Positions 1 to 10,976 of a stretch of DNA of 43,553 nucleotides are shown piece by piece; positions within the stretch are counted from its first letter, which is position 1, and each line of letters opens with the position of its first letter. The notes beneath the pieces are model-generated. The model made no database searches and was not told the DNA's origin. It was given only the letters and a program-made list of their open reading frames with translations. The position numbers and the translations under genes were made by a program. Origin of the DNA: Myxococcota bacterium (GTDB taxonomy: Bacteria; Myxococcota; UBA4151); contig JBDQPD010000016.1 of assembly GCA_040260805.1 (NCBI GenBank), positions 1-43,553 of the forward strand, in the 5' to 3' direction.

Positions 1-106
1 ACCGCGGAACGGATATGTGGTGGGCTCGCTGGGTTGTGCGTGCCTCACTGCGGGAGCGGATCGAGGTGTTTTCAAAGATTTTGCACCTGCATTACCAAGA
101 CGAGGA

Positions 107-1333
107 TCAGGAGTCCTCGGTGTTACCGTCGTCACAATCTTCCCAGCCGTCTTGGTCGGGTGTTTGGATATCGTTTCGAACGATACCATCGCCGCAGCGT
201 GCCAACGCGCAGTCGGCACAGGCATCGGTATTGACCTGGTTCCCATCATCACAGCTTTCATAGCCCTCATCGCCTTCGGCGAGATCGGTTCGTGTGATCA
301 AGTCGCCGCATTGCGCCACTCGACACGTATTGAGACAGGCATCGGTGTTGTCGTCGTTGCCGTCATCACAGGCTTCGAAATCGTCGGCGTCGATATCGAC
401 GATATCTCGGCGAACGCGTCCATCCCCGCAACTCGCTCTAAGGCATAAGTCAGTGCATGCATCGCTAGGCTCGGAGTTGCCATCATCGCAGTTTTCATAG
501 CCATCCTCACCCTCAGCTAGGTCAAGGCGAAGAACACCATCCCCGCATTGCGCAGAGGTGCAGGTGTCACGGCAGGCATCCGCATCGACTAGGTTACCGT
601 CATCGCATTCTTCAACGCCAGCGTGAATGAATCCGTCTCCGCAGGTGGCTGCCACGCAGTCGCTCGTGCATTCATCGAGGTCGCTGTCGTTTCCATCATC
701 GCAGACCTCAAAGCCCTCATCGCCCTCGTCTAGGTCATTACGCACGATACCATCGCCGCAGCGTGCGGGTTCACAGGCGTTTGTGCAGCCATCAAAATCG
801 CTGTTGTTGTTGTCATCGCAGAGCTCTTCTCCGGCTTGGATGTGCCCGTCGCCGCAGCGCGCTAGCTGACAGTCAATGCAACCATCGGTGCTGATTTGAT
901 TCGCGTCATCACACGCTTCACCGAGTTCGCTGTCCACCACTCCGTTGCCGCATAGACCTGGCTGACAATTTGAGTTGCACCCATCACCGAGTTCGGTGTT
1001 TCCGTCGTCGCAGCGTTCAAAGCCGGGCTCACCCTCGGCTAGGTCGGCGCGCAAAAATCCATCACCGCAAGCTGCTGCTTGGCAGGTGCTTGGGCATGCA
1101 TCGGTATCGATCGTGTTGCCGTCATCACAGGCTTCGTTGCCTAAATGTACGATCCCGTCGCCGCAGGTCGCTGTTTGACACAGGTCGGTGCAGCTATCGT
1201 TTGAGACTAAGTTTCCGTCGTCGCACTGTTCGGATGAGTCTTGGTTGCCATCGCCGCAAACGCCATCGATTGCGGCATCATCAGTAGGGCAGCCGGCGGC
1301 GATGATCAGGGTCATAACTAGCAGGTATCGCAT
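107..1333 (-). CDS. Myxococcus-type cysteine-rich repeat (DUF4215-like) lipoprotein; ends mid-repeat, possibly truncated
   Basis: Lipobox-like signal MRYLLVMTLIIAAGC. Ten complete CG(D/N)G...E.CDD.N....D.C...C repeats, then an 11th cut by TGA after CDDGNTEDS. Confidence 0.85.
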   Translation of the reverse strand: MRYLLVMTLIIAAGCPTDDAAIDGVCGDGNQDSSEQCDDGNLVSNDSCTDLCQTATCGDGIVHLGNEACDDGNTIDTDACPSTCQAAACGDGFLRADLAEGEPGFERCDDGNTELGDGCNSNCQPGLCGNGVVDSELGEACDDANQISTDGCIDCQLARCGDGHIQAGEELCDDNNNSDFDGCTNACEPARCGDGIVRNDLDEGDEGFEVCDDGNDSDLDECTSDCVAATCGDGFIHAGVEECDDGNLVDADACRDTCTSAQCGDGVLRLDLAEGEDGYENCDDGNSEPSDACTDLCLRASCGDGRVRRDIVDIDADDFEACDDGNDDNTDACLNTCRVAQCGDLITRTDLAEGDEGYESCDDGNQVNTDACADCALARCGDGIVRNDIQTPDQDGWEDCDDGNTEDS

Positions 1334-1513
1334 CGGTATTACTTCCTCTCTTTAAGACTTCGGATTAGAGACGATAGGCGAGTGCTTCTATTCTCACAAC
1401 CCTGAGAACAGTGTGCTCAGTTCATGATGAGATCATTAGCCTGCCTCTGAAATAGCTCGAATTTCCTTGCGCTTGCAGTGCTCATCCTCCATTAGCCCCT
1501 CGCTGTGGCTGCC

Positions 1514-1546
1514 CGCGTCTGCGGTCTCGGCGTGTTTAAAGACGCG
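1514..1546 (+). promoter_or_regulatory. Candidate rpsO leader stem (possible S15 autoregulatory element)
   Basis: CGCGTCT (1514-1520) pairs with AGACGCG (1540-1546) just upstream of the GGAGG SD. S15 leaders are known in other phyla. Confidence 0.3.
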
Positions 1547-1560
1547 TGAAGGAGGAGCTC

Positions 1561-1827
1561 ATGCTCACCACAAGCGATCGCCAAGCGATCATCGCAAAGT
1601 ACGGTAAAAACCCTCAAGATAGCGGCAACAGCAAGGTTCAGATCGCGCTGATGACCGCACGGATCAACGAGCTGCGCCCGCACTTTGAAGAGAACTCGAA
1701 AGACCACCACAGCCGTCGTGGTCTGCTCAAGATTGTGTCCAAGCGACGCAGCTTGCTCGATTACCTCAAGCGTAAAGACGTTGAAGGCTATCGCAGCCTG
1801 ATCGCCGAGCTGGGTATTCGTCGATAA
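1561..1827 (+). CDS. rpsO: 30S ribosomal protein S15
   Basis: [13 protein letters not shown] and [23 protein letters not shown] signatures. ATG at 1561 follows AGGAGGAG. Canonical position upstream of pnp. Confidence 0.98.
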   Translation: MLTTSDRQAIIAKYGKNPQDSGNSKVQIALMTARINELRPHFEENSKDHHSRRGLLKIVSKRRSLLDYLKRKDVEGYRSLIAELGIRR

Positions 1828-1841
1828 GACTAAGAACCTTT

Positions 1842-1879
1842 GAGTGACGGGCAGCCCAAGCGCTGCCCGTCGCTTAATT
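1842..1879 (+). terminator. Stem-loop after rpsO (terminator/processing hairpin)
   Basis: GAGTGACGGGCAGC-loop-GCTGCCCGTCGCTT followed by a short A/T run. Confidence 0.5.
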
Positions 1880-2053
1880 GGGCTCACACGGTGTGAGCCA
1901 TTCACGGAGGGGTTAGGCCCAAGCGAAGAAGGATGTGTCCAGCACCGATAAGATCGGCGGTTCTGCACCCATTCTTCTAGTTTCTACGCTGCGCCTAATC
2001 ACTCCATTACATAGAGCGGTTGCCCTCCGCGGCACGCTCAGGAGTGATGGACG

Positions 2054-4339
<2,286 letters not shown>

Positions 4340-4361
4340 GTCTGCTGCAGCAGTCTTAAAA

Positions 4362-4399
4362 GGAGGCGACCGGCTCTGTGCCGGTCGTTCTCTGTTTTT
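4362..4399 (+). terminator. Rho-independent terminator after pnp
   Basis: GAGGCGACCGGC-TCTGT-GCCGGTCGTTC hairpin followed by TCTGTTTTT. Confidence 0.7.
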
Positions 4400-4475
4400 A
4401 GCGGTTGTTGTGCAGCCCTCTAGGGTTGCATAGAGGCAATATCGTGGGCTGGTCTAACGCAAGACTGGAGGGGTC

Positions 4476-5741
4476 ATGACAACGTATCGTTCGGTCAAAG
4501 GAATGAACGATCTTTTCGGCGCGCAAGCTGCCGGCTTGATCGAGGTCGAGCAGGTGGTGCGTCGTTTAGCGCTCGCTTATGGCGCCCAAGAGGTCCGCAC
4601 CCCGATTTTAGAGCATCAAGAGCTCTTCGTACGCAGCGTCGGTGAAGGCACCGATGTCGTGGGCAAAGAGATGTATGCCTTTGAAGACCGAGACGGTTCG
4701 AACTTGGTGCTGCGCCCTGAAGCCACGGCCTCGGTAGCGAGGATGGTGGTTCAGCATGCGCTGTTGCGGGTCGACCCGAAGCTGCGCGCCTTTTATGCGG
4801 GCCCGATGTTTCGTCGTGAGCGTCCACAGAAGGGGCGCTATCGCCAGTTTCATCAGATCGGCTTGGAGTGCTTTGGCGAAGCCTCGCCGATCGCCGACAT
4901 CGAATGCATCGCGCTGGCTCATGCGATCCTCGCTCAGCTCGGTCTGGATGACGTCGTGATCGAGCTGGGTAATGTGGGCGGTCCCGACACCCGCCCCGCG
5001 TACCTCGAGCTGCTGCGTGCCTTTCTGGCGAAGCGCTCCAGCGACTTGCCCGAAGGCGCTCGAGAGACCGCCGAGCGTAATCCGCTGCGCTTGCTCGACT
5101 CAAAGGACGGACGGGTTCAAGAGCTGATGCAGGAAGCGCCCTTGCCGATGGATCACCTCAATGCGCATCACCAAGCCCATCATGAAGCGGTTCATGAGGG
5201 GCTGGTGGCTTTGGGTATTGAGGTGCGCATCAACAAACGCATGGTGCGTGGATTAGATTATTACCGTGGACCGGTCTTTGAGGCGTTAACCGAGAAGCTG
5301 GGTGCTCAGGCTGCAGTTCTTGCGGGGGGGCGTTACGATGGCTTGCTCGAGACCGTCGGTGGCCCCGATGTACCCGCTGTTGGCTTTGCCGGTGGCACCG
5401 AGCGCTTGTTGTTGGTGGCGCAGGCGAACGGTCGTGAATTGGGTCAAACCGCGCCCGACCTGGGCGTCGTCGCCGCACCCGGTGCTGATACGCACCGTAT
5501 CTTACGCTTGATCACGAGCCTGCGCGCCGCCGGCTGCCGGGTCGTCGCTGATTTGTCTGGCCGCTCAGTAAAAGCGCAGATGAAGGCGCTTAATCGTAGT
5601 GCTTGTCGCTTTGCGCTGGTACTCGGTGAACGAGAATTAGAATCAAACCAGGCGTCGTTACGTCGCATGGCAGATGGAAGCACCGTGAACATTTCGTTGG
5701 AGTTCACTGCCGTGCGTTCCGCCGTGTTGGAGGTTGGATGA
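4476..5741 (+). CDS. hisS: Histidine--tRNA ligase
   Basis: KEMYAF, LRPEATA, motif 2 FRRERPQKGRYRQFHQ, VRGLDYY and GGRYDGL, plus a C-terminal anticodon-binding domain. Confidence 0.98.
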   Translation: MTTYRSVKGMNDLFGAQAAGLIEVEQVVRRLALAYGAQEVRTPILEHQELFVRSVGEGTDVVGKEMYAFEDRDGSNLVLRPEATASVARMVVQHALLRVDPKLRAFYAGPMFRRERPQKGRYRQFHQIGLECFGEASPIADIECIALAHAILAQLGLDDVVIELGNVGGPDTRPAYLELLRAFLAKRSSDLPEGARETAERNPLRLLDSKDGRVQELMQEAPLPMDHLNAHHQAHHEAVHEGLVALGIEVRINKRMVRGLDYYRGPVFEALTEKLGAQAAVLAGGRYDGLLETVGGPDVPAVGFAGGTERLLLVAQANGRELGQTAPDLGVVAAPGADTHRILRLITSLRAAGCRVVADLSGRSVKAQMKALNRSACRFALVLGERELESNQASLRRMADGSTVNISLEFTAVRSAVLEVG

Positions 5742-6286
5742 TCCGCAGCGTCTTTTTGACTCTTCTTTTGCTCCCTGTTTCGGGAGTAGCCGCCGATAAG
5801 CCTGAGCTTTTGGCTGTAGGTACTGAGCCGCCAAGCTTTACCTTGCGCACGCTCAACCCCAAAGAGAGCGGGCTCCGGCGCGCCGTCTTACGTCGCACGA
5901 TCGGTAAGCGCGCCAAGACCAAGAACATTAAGCTGCTCGCTATCAGCTTCTACGCCACTTGGTGTGAGAGCTGCCAAGATGAGGTGCCCTTGCTCGACAA
6001 GTGGGCCACACAGCTCAAGCCGCAAGGGTTCTCGGCCTTTGTAGTGGGCACCGATAAAGGCACGGACGGTAAGAACAAGCTGAAGAAACGCATCGGCGAG
6101 ATGGGTCTGACGCTGCCCGTGTTTCATGACAGCATGAACGTGTTGATGCGGCGCTACAAAGCGGCGGCGTTGCCGACGCTTTACCTGATCGATGGGTCCG
6201 GTAAGATCGTCTTCGCTAAGGCGGGCTTTAGCCTCAAAAAGGGTGACGATAAGAAGCTCTTAGAGACGATTCGGAAGTACCTTTGA
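5738..6286 (+). CDS. TlpA/ResA-family thiol-disulfide oxidoreductase, exported
   Basis: Signal peptide, FYATWCESC (CxxC) motif and cis-Pro region ALPTLYLIDGSG. ATGA overlap with hisS. Confidence 0.88.
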   Translation: MIRSVFLTLLLLPVSGVAADKPELLAVGTEPPSFTLRTLNPKESGLRRAVLRRTIGKRAKTKNIKLLAISFYATWCESCQDEVPLLDKWATQLKPQGFSAFVVGTDKGTDGKNKLKKRIGEMGLTLPVFHDSMNVLMRRYKAAALPTLYLIDGSGKIVFAKAGFSLKKGDDKKLLETIRKYL

Positions 6287-6753
6287 TCAGCGCAGCACTG
6301 TTTAGCGTCTTGCTCGCAGGGCCTGTCATTTTGCTCGACAACATCAGCGCCGAAGCGACCGTCCCCACAACGCTCGCAGCGACGCTTGACCCCTTGCTGT
6401 GCAGCACCTTTGAAAAGAGCCTCAAGAAAGCTAAATTTGAGGTCAAGTGCCGCACCGATATCGAAGCGATCTTAAAGCTTCGCGCCATGCAAAGCGCGGT
6501 GGGAAGCCCCACTGAATGCAACACCGACGTTGAAGCCTGCGCGGCTCAGACCGCCAAGCTGGCGCACTGCACTCATGTGTTGGTGGCGTCACTCACTAAG
6601 GCTAAGTCGGGTTACGCCATGCTTTTGACCTTGGTTGATACCACCGGAAAGACCTTCGCCACCCATCAGATCTCGGGCGCTGATGCGGACGCTTTACTCA
6701 AGCGCTTTCCTGACGCCATCCCCAAGATTGTGGCAGGGCTGAGCAAACCCTAG
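6283..6753 (+). CDS. Exported hypothetical protein, CsgG/TolB-N-like alpha/beta domain
   Basis: Hydrophobic N-terminus. The pattern DIEAIL...C..D..C.A..A.....VLVASL.K....Y...L.LVD resembles myxobacterial CsgG-like domains as I recall them. Overlaps the previous stop. Confidence 0.6.
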   Translation: MISAALFSVLLAGPVILLDNISAEATVPTTLAATLDPLLCSTFEKSLKKAKFEVKCRTDIEAILKLRAMQSAVGSPTECNTDVEACAAQTAKLAHCTHVLVASLTKAKSGYAMLLTLVDTTGKTFATHQISGADADALLKRFPDAIPKIVAGLSKP

Positions 6754-6827
6754 GGTTTTCGCTAAAGAATTGGGCGCTTCGGGCCGACTTAAAGGAGGAC
6801 GTCTAGCTACGTTCTCCGGAGGTTTCT

Positions 6828-9770
6828 TTGGCCGCACCCAAACGTCGCCCAAGCGCTCGTCCCAAAACTGCACAGCCTGCCAAGGCTAAAGCGGCTCAGC
6901 ACACCACCTTGGTGCCGACGACCCCGCCTGAACTGGCGGGTATGCTGGCGCTGCTGGCAGCTGCGTTGATCCTAGGGAGTCTTGGGACCTACTCACCAAG
7001 TGATTTGAGCTCGACCGATGGCGGCGCCGAGTCGATTCAAAACGTGATCGGTCCTGCCGGAGCCTATATCGCTGCGGCGCTCTTTAGCTCGCTCGGCTGT
7101 GCTGCCTTTATCGTGGGCATCGCTTTGCTGCAGATGGCGGTCCAGCTGCTGCGCCGGGCGCGACGGATGATGAGTCTTCGCAGCGGAGTGGGGATGACGC
7201 TTGCTCTGGTCGCTGCCACGGGGTTGGCGCAAATTTGGGTCCCGGCAGAGACCTTCTCGTTTCGTCCAGGTGGCTTGCTTGGCTTGGTGGTCAGCAGCGC
7301 CGTGGTCAGCGTGTTCTCGCATATTGGCGCGAGCTTCATCTTAGCGACGCTTGGGCTCCTCGCCGTCAGTGAGCTGATCGGTGTTGGACCGCGCGGCATG
7401 ATGGTCGTAGCGCAACGCCTGCTCAAGACCGAGCGTCTGCGCACTTGGGCTCGTCAACGTCGTCAGGACCTGTCGGCGCGATGGGCACTCGAAGCCGAGG
7501 ACCGCAAAGCCAAACGCGAAGAGCAAAAGCGCTTTAAACTCGCCGAGCGCGAGGCGCGCCGCCAAGAAAAGGCAGAGGCTAAGACACGCGCCAAAGCCGC
7601 TAAAGCTCGGAAAAAATCTGGCACGAAGGCGCCCAATAATGTGGTCGAGTTTCCCAGCGAGGCGCCAGCCGAAGTCGCCGACGACTTTGAGGATAAGTTC
7701 TTCTCGACCAACTCCTTAGTGACCGTACCCCCCGAAGAGGACGCCAAGCCTAAAGCTAAGGGTAAAGGAAAGCCTAAAGCCGAACCCCAGGCCGAGCCCG
7801 CTAAGGGCTCCAAGGCGCCCTCGGTCGCCGAAGAAGAGCCAGCCTGGGTCGCACAACTTAAAGCCCAAGCCAAAGACGAGGTCGCCCCTGAGCCCAGTGC
7901 ACCCGAGCCGGAGGCTAAGGCGCCTGATGCGCCGCCAAAGATCGTCGCTGCGGAGGCGCCGGTTCTCAGAGAATCTAAAGGCAAGAAAGACCAAAGCGAA
8001 GCGGACAAAGCGCGCGAGATCCTGCGCAAGAAAATGGAGCGCAAAAAGAAGCGCAAGACGCGTGGAGAGTGGGAATTGCCGAGTATGGATTTGCTGGCAT
8101 ATAAAGCACCTGACGCCACCGATCTCGACACCGAATGGCTCCAGGAAACGGCAAAGAAAATCACGCAGAAACTCGCTGAGTTCCGGATCGAGGGTAAGGT
8201 CATTGAGATCCGCCCCGGACCGACCGTTACGCTCTATGAGTTCGAGCCTGGACCCGGTATTAAAGTGAGCAAGATCGCCGGCTATGCTGACGATCTTCAG
8301 ATGGCGCTCGGCGCCCGCTCGACGAGAATTATTGCGCCCTTACCGTTGAAAAGTACGGTGGGTATCGAGATCCCCAACCGGACCCGTTTGACCGTCTACC
8401 TCAAAGAGCTTCTCGCCGATCCGGCGTGGGCGAGCAGCAAAGCAGCGCTCCCCATGGCGCTGGGGCGCGATGGTGAGGGTCGCTGTTTCTATATGGATCT
8501 CGCAAAGACGCCGCACTTGCTCGTCGCTGGTGGCACCGGCTCGGGTAAGTCCGTCGGCGTCAACACCATGATCTTGAGCATGCTCTATCGGTTCAGTCCG
8601 AATGATCTTCGCTTGCTGCTGATCGATCCAAAAATGCTTGAGTTTGCACCCTATAATGACATTCCACATTTGTTGGTTCCGCCGATCACCGACCCGGCGC
8701 GTGCGACCGTGGCTTTGGCGTGGGCGTGCAAAGAGATGGACCGTCGCTACGAGCAGCTCGCCAAAGCTGGCGTCAAGAACATCGAAGAATATAACGACCG
8801 TCTTGAATTGACCCTGAAAGAGCGTGCTCAGGCACGAGTCGAACTCAACGAGCAGATCGTCGCCGAAGCCGAAGCTGCGCATGCTGAGATGCAGGCTGAG
8901 CGAGGCCCCGAGCTCAAGATGGTCGTCGACGACAACGAAGACGAGCCGCAGATGCAGGTGGTCGAACGTGAAATCGAAGCGGTCGATGCGACGGCTGATG
9001 GCTCTGAAGAACGCAAGGTGACCTTGCCGCCTGATCACGCGCTGAGCGAGGACAACGATCCTGAGGCGATGCCCTACATCTTGGTGGTGGTCGATGAGTT
9101 CGCCGACTTGATGATGACGGCAGGCAAAGACGTCGAGGAGTCGGTTGGACGCTTAGCTCAAAAGGCTCGCGCAGCAGGCATGCACGTGATCCTGGCGACC
9201 CAGCGTCCGTCGGTGGACGTGGTGACCGGCGTCATCAAGGTCAACTTCCCATCACGTATCGCCTTTCGGGTGAGCGCATCTCAGGATTCAAAGACGATCA
9301 TCGGACGCACCGGCGCGGAGCGTCTGCTCGGCAATGGTGACATGTTGGTGGTTCCACCGAATTCGTCGGATCCGAGCCGCGTTCAAGGCGCCTTTGTCTC
9401 GACCGAGGAGTTGACCAATATCATCAACCACCTCCGCTCTCAGGGTGAGCCCGACTACGACGAGTCCATCACGGCAATGTCCGAGAGCAGCTCAGAGGGC
9501 TTAGGCGGTAGCAGCGACGACCCTTATGATCCCTTGTGGATGGATTGCCTTCGCATCGCCGCCAATGAGGGTCAGGTGAGCACCTCATGGCTGCAACGGC
9601 GCTTGAGCATCGGCTACACACGAGCGGGGCGTATTATCGATCGTATGGAGGCTGAGAGCCTGATCGGCCCATCACGCGGCGCCAAGCCTCGTGAGGTCTT
9701 TATCACGCCCGAGCAGCTCGATGATCCCGACTCGCCTTTGGGCCCGTCCGGAGCGGACGAGGTGTCCTAA
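6828..9770 (+). CDS. ftsK: DNA translocase FtsK
   Basis: N-terminal 4TM region (NVIGPAGAY), Pro/Lys linker, Walker A AGGTGSGKS, Walker B VVVDEFADLMM, LATQRPS and gamma domain (STSWLQRRLSIGYTRAGRIID). TTG start with GGAGG SD at 6818-6822. Confidence 0.98.
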   Translation: MAAPKRRPSARPKTAQPAKAKAAQHTTLVPTTPPELAGMLALLAAALILGSLGTYSPSDLSSTDGGAESIQNVIGPAGAYIAAALFSSLGCAAFIVGIALLQMAVQLLRRARRMMSLRSGVGMTLALVAATGLAQIWVPAETFSFRPGGLLGLVVSSAVVSVFSHIGASFILATLGLLAVSELIGVGPRGMMVVAQRLLKTERLRTWARQRRQDLSARWALEAEDRKAKREEQKRFKLAEREARRQEKAEAKTRAKAAKARKKSGTKAPNNVVEFPSEAPAEVADDFEDKFFSTNSLVTVPPEEDAKPKAKGKGKPKAEPQAEPAKGSKAPSVAEEEPAWVAQLKAQAKDEVAPEPSAPEPEAKAPDAPPKIVAAEAPVLRESKGKKDQSEADKAREILRKKMERKKKRKTRGEWELPSMDLLAYKAPDATDLDTEWLQETAKKITQKLAEFRIEGKVIEIRPGPTVTLYEFEPGPGIKVSKIAGYADDLQMALGARSTRIIAPLPLKSTVGIEIPNRTRLTVYLKELLADPAWASSKAALPMALGRDGEGRCFYMDLAKTPHLLVAGGTGSGKSVGVNTMILSMLYRFSPNDLRLLLIDPKMLEFAPYNDIPHLLVPPITDPARATVALAWACKEMDRRYEQLAKAGVKNIEEYNDRLELTLKERAQARVELNEQIVAEAEAAHAEMQAERGPELKMVVDDNEDEPQMQVVEREIEAVDATADGSEERKVTLPPDHALSEDNDPEAMPYILVVVDEFADLMMTAGKDVEESVGRLAQKARAAGMHVILATQRPSVDVVTGVIKVNFPSRIAFRVSASQDSKTIIGRTGAERLLGNGDMLVVPPNSSDPSRVQGAFVSTEELTNIINHLRSQGEPDYDESITAMSESSSEGLGGSSDDPYDPLWMDCLRIAANEGQVSTSWLQRRLSIGYTRAGRIIDRMEAESLIGPSRGAKPREVFITPEQLDDPDSPLGPSGADEVS

Positions 9771-9852
9771 GAAACGCACGCTATTTACTCGAGCGTGTCG
9801 GAAGGACTTGTCCGTCTCGAACAATCTTGGCAGGCAGCGGCGTCATTAGGAG

Positions 9853-10974
9853 ATGCCCATGTTGCGTTTGGCCGGTTTAGCCCTCGTTTTGTCCCTTGCT
9901 GCATGTTCGAAGGGCGATAAGTCCATCGAGACCGACGGTACCTCGTCTAAAAAAATGGGCGAGATGGTCCTGTCTAAAGTACCTGCCGATGAAGGTAAGA
10001 ACGGCGCAGCTGGACGGCAACTCAGCGCTGAAGCCGCCAAAAAAGCCATGATGGTTCCCCCGACCGAAACGGATAAGCCGCCGGTCGGTGGTGCCGCTGC
10101 GGTCCATTTCCCCGAGGGCAGCGCTGACGATCCAGCCGTCAAGAAGGGTGGAGTCCTCTCGGTTTCGCAACGTCGCTGCGTCGACACCTGCTTCAATCGC
10201 CTGGACGTGGACGCTGTCTGCGCCAAACGCGTGCCCAAGCCCAAAGACCAAACCAAGACCGAGAACTATACCCGTCAGCTGCGTGACTGCATCAAAGGTG
10301 CTCGTCATTTCTGCGGCGTACGCTGCGGTACCGCGACCCCGCCCAAGCGCCCGAACAACGATCCGCTTCCCGAGCCCAAGGCGGTCACTAAGGCAGAAGC
10401 GCCCGCTCGTTTAGGTATGAAGTCGGGCGACAAGCTGTTTGTGACCTTCAAGACCTCGCTGGGTGATATCGTCGCCGAGCTGTTCTGGGAGAAGGTACCC
10501 AACACGGTCACCAACTTCGTCGAGCTGGCTGAAGGCAAGCGCGCCTTTATCGATCCCAAAGCTGATCCTAAGCTCTCGGCTGAAAAGCGCACCGTCAAGC
10601 GAGCGTACTATGACGGCTTGATCTTCCATCGTGTGATTCCCAAGTTCATGATTCAGGGTGGCTGCCCTCAAGGTACTGGCATGGGTGGCCCAGGGTATAA
10701 CTTCGCCGACGAGTTCGATCCGAGTCTCAAGCATGAGGGCCCCGGCATCTTATCGATGGCGAACAGCGGTCCAAGCACCAACGGAAGCCAGTTCTTTATC
10801 ACCGAGAAAACCACCGCTCATCTCGACGGTCGTCACACGGTCTTTGGTAAAGTGGTCAGCGGCTTAGACATTCAAAATAAGATTGCGAACGTCGAGACCG
10901 CCGCTCGCAACATGCCTAAGGTGCCTGTGGTGATGACCAAAGTCCTGATCGGTCGGGGTACCCCGGCGAAGTAA
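9853..10974 (+). CDS. Cyclophilin-type peptidyl-prolyl isomerase, lipoprotein with an extra N-terminal six-Cys domain
   Basis: Lipobox LAAC. Cyclophilin motifs YDGLIFHRVIPKFMIQGGCP, LSMANSGPSTNGSQFFIT and HLDGRHTVFGKV. Confidence 0.93.
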   Translation: MPMLRLAGLALVLSLAACSKGDKSIETDGTSSKKMGEMVLSKVPADEGKNGAAGRQLSAEAAKKAMMVPPTETDKPPVGGAAAVHFPEGSADDPAVKKGGVLSVSQRRCVDTCFNRLDVDAVCAKRVPKPKDQTKTENYTRQLRDCIKGARHFCGVRCGTATPPKRPNNDPLPEPKAVTKAEAPARLGMKSGDKLFVTFKTSLGDIVAELFWEKVPNTVTNFVELAEGKRAFIDPKADPKLSAEKRTVKRAYYDGLIFHRVIPKFMIQGGCPQGTGMGGPGYNFADEFDPSLKHEGPGILSMANSGPSTNGSQFFITEKTTAHLDGRHTVFGKVVSGLDIQNKIANVETAARNMPKVPVVMTKVLIGRGTPAK

Positions 10975-10976
10975 GC

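Noticed and set aside
107..109. TGA as possible selenocysteine or readthrough in a Cys-rich protein
   Set aside because: The repeat predicts Asp at this position, not Cys. A TAA follows five codons later and the repeat does not resume.
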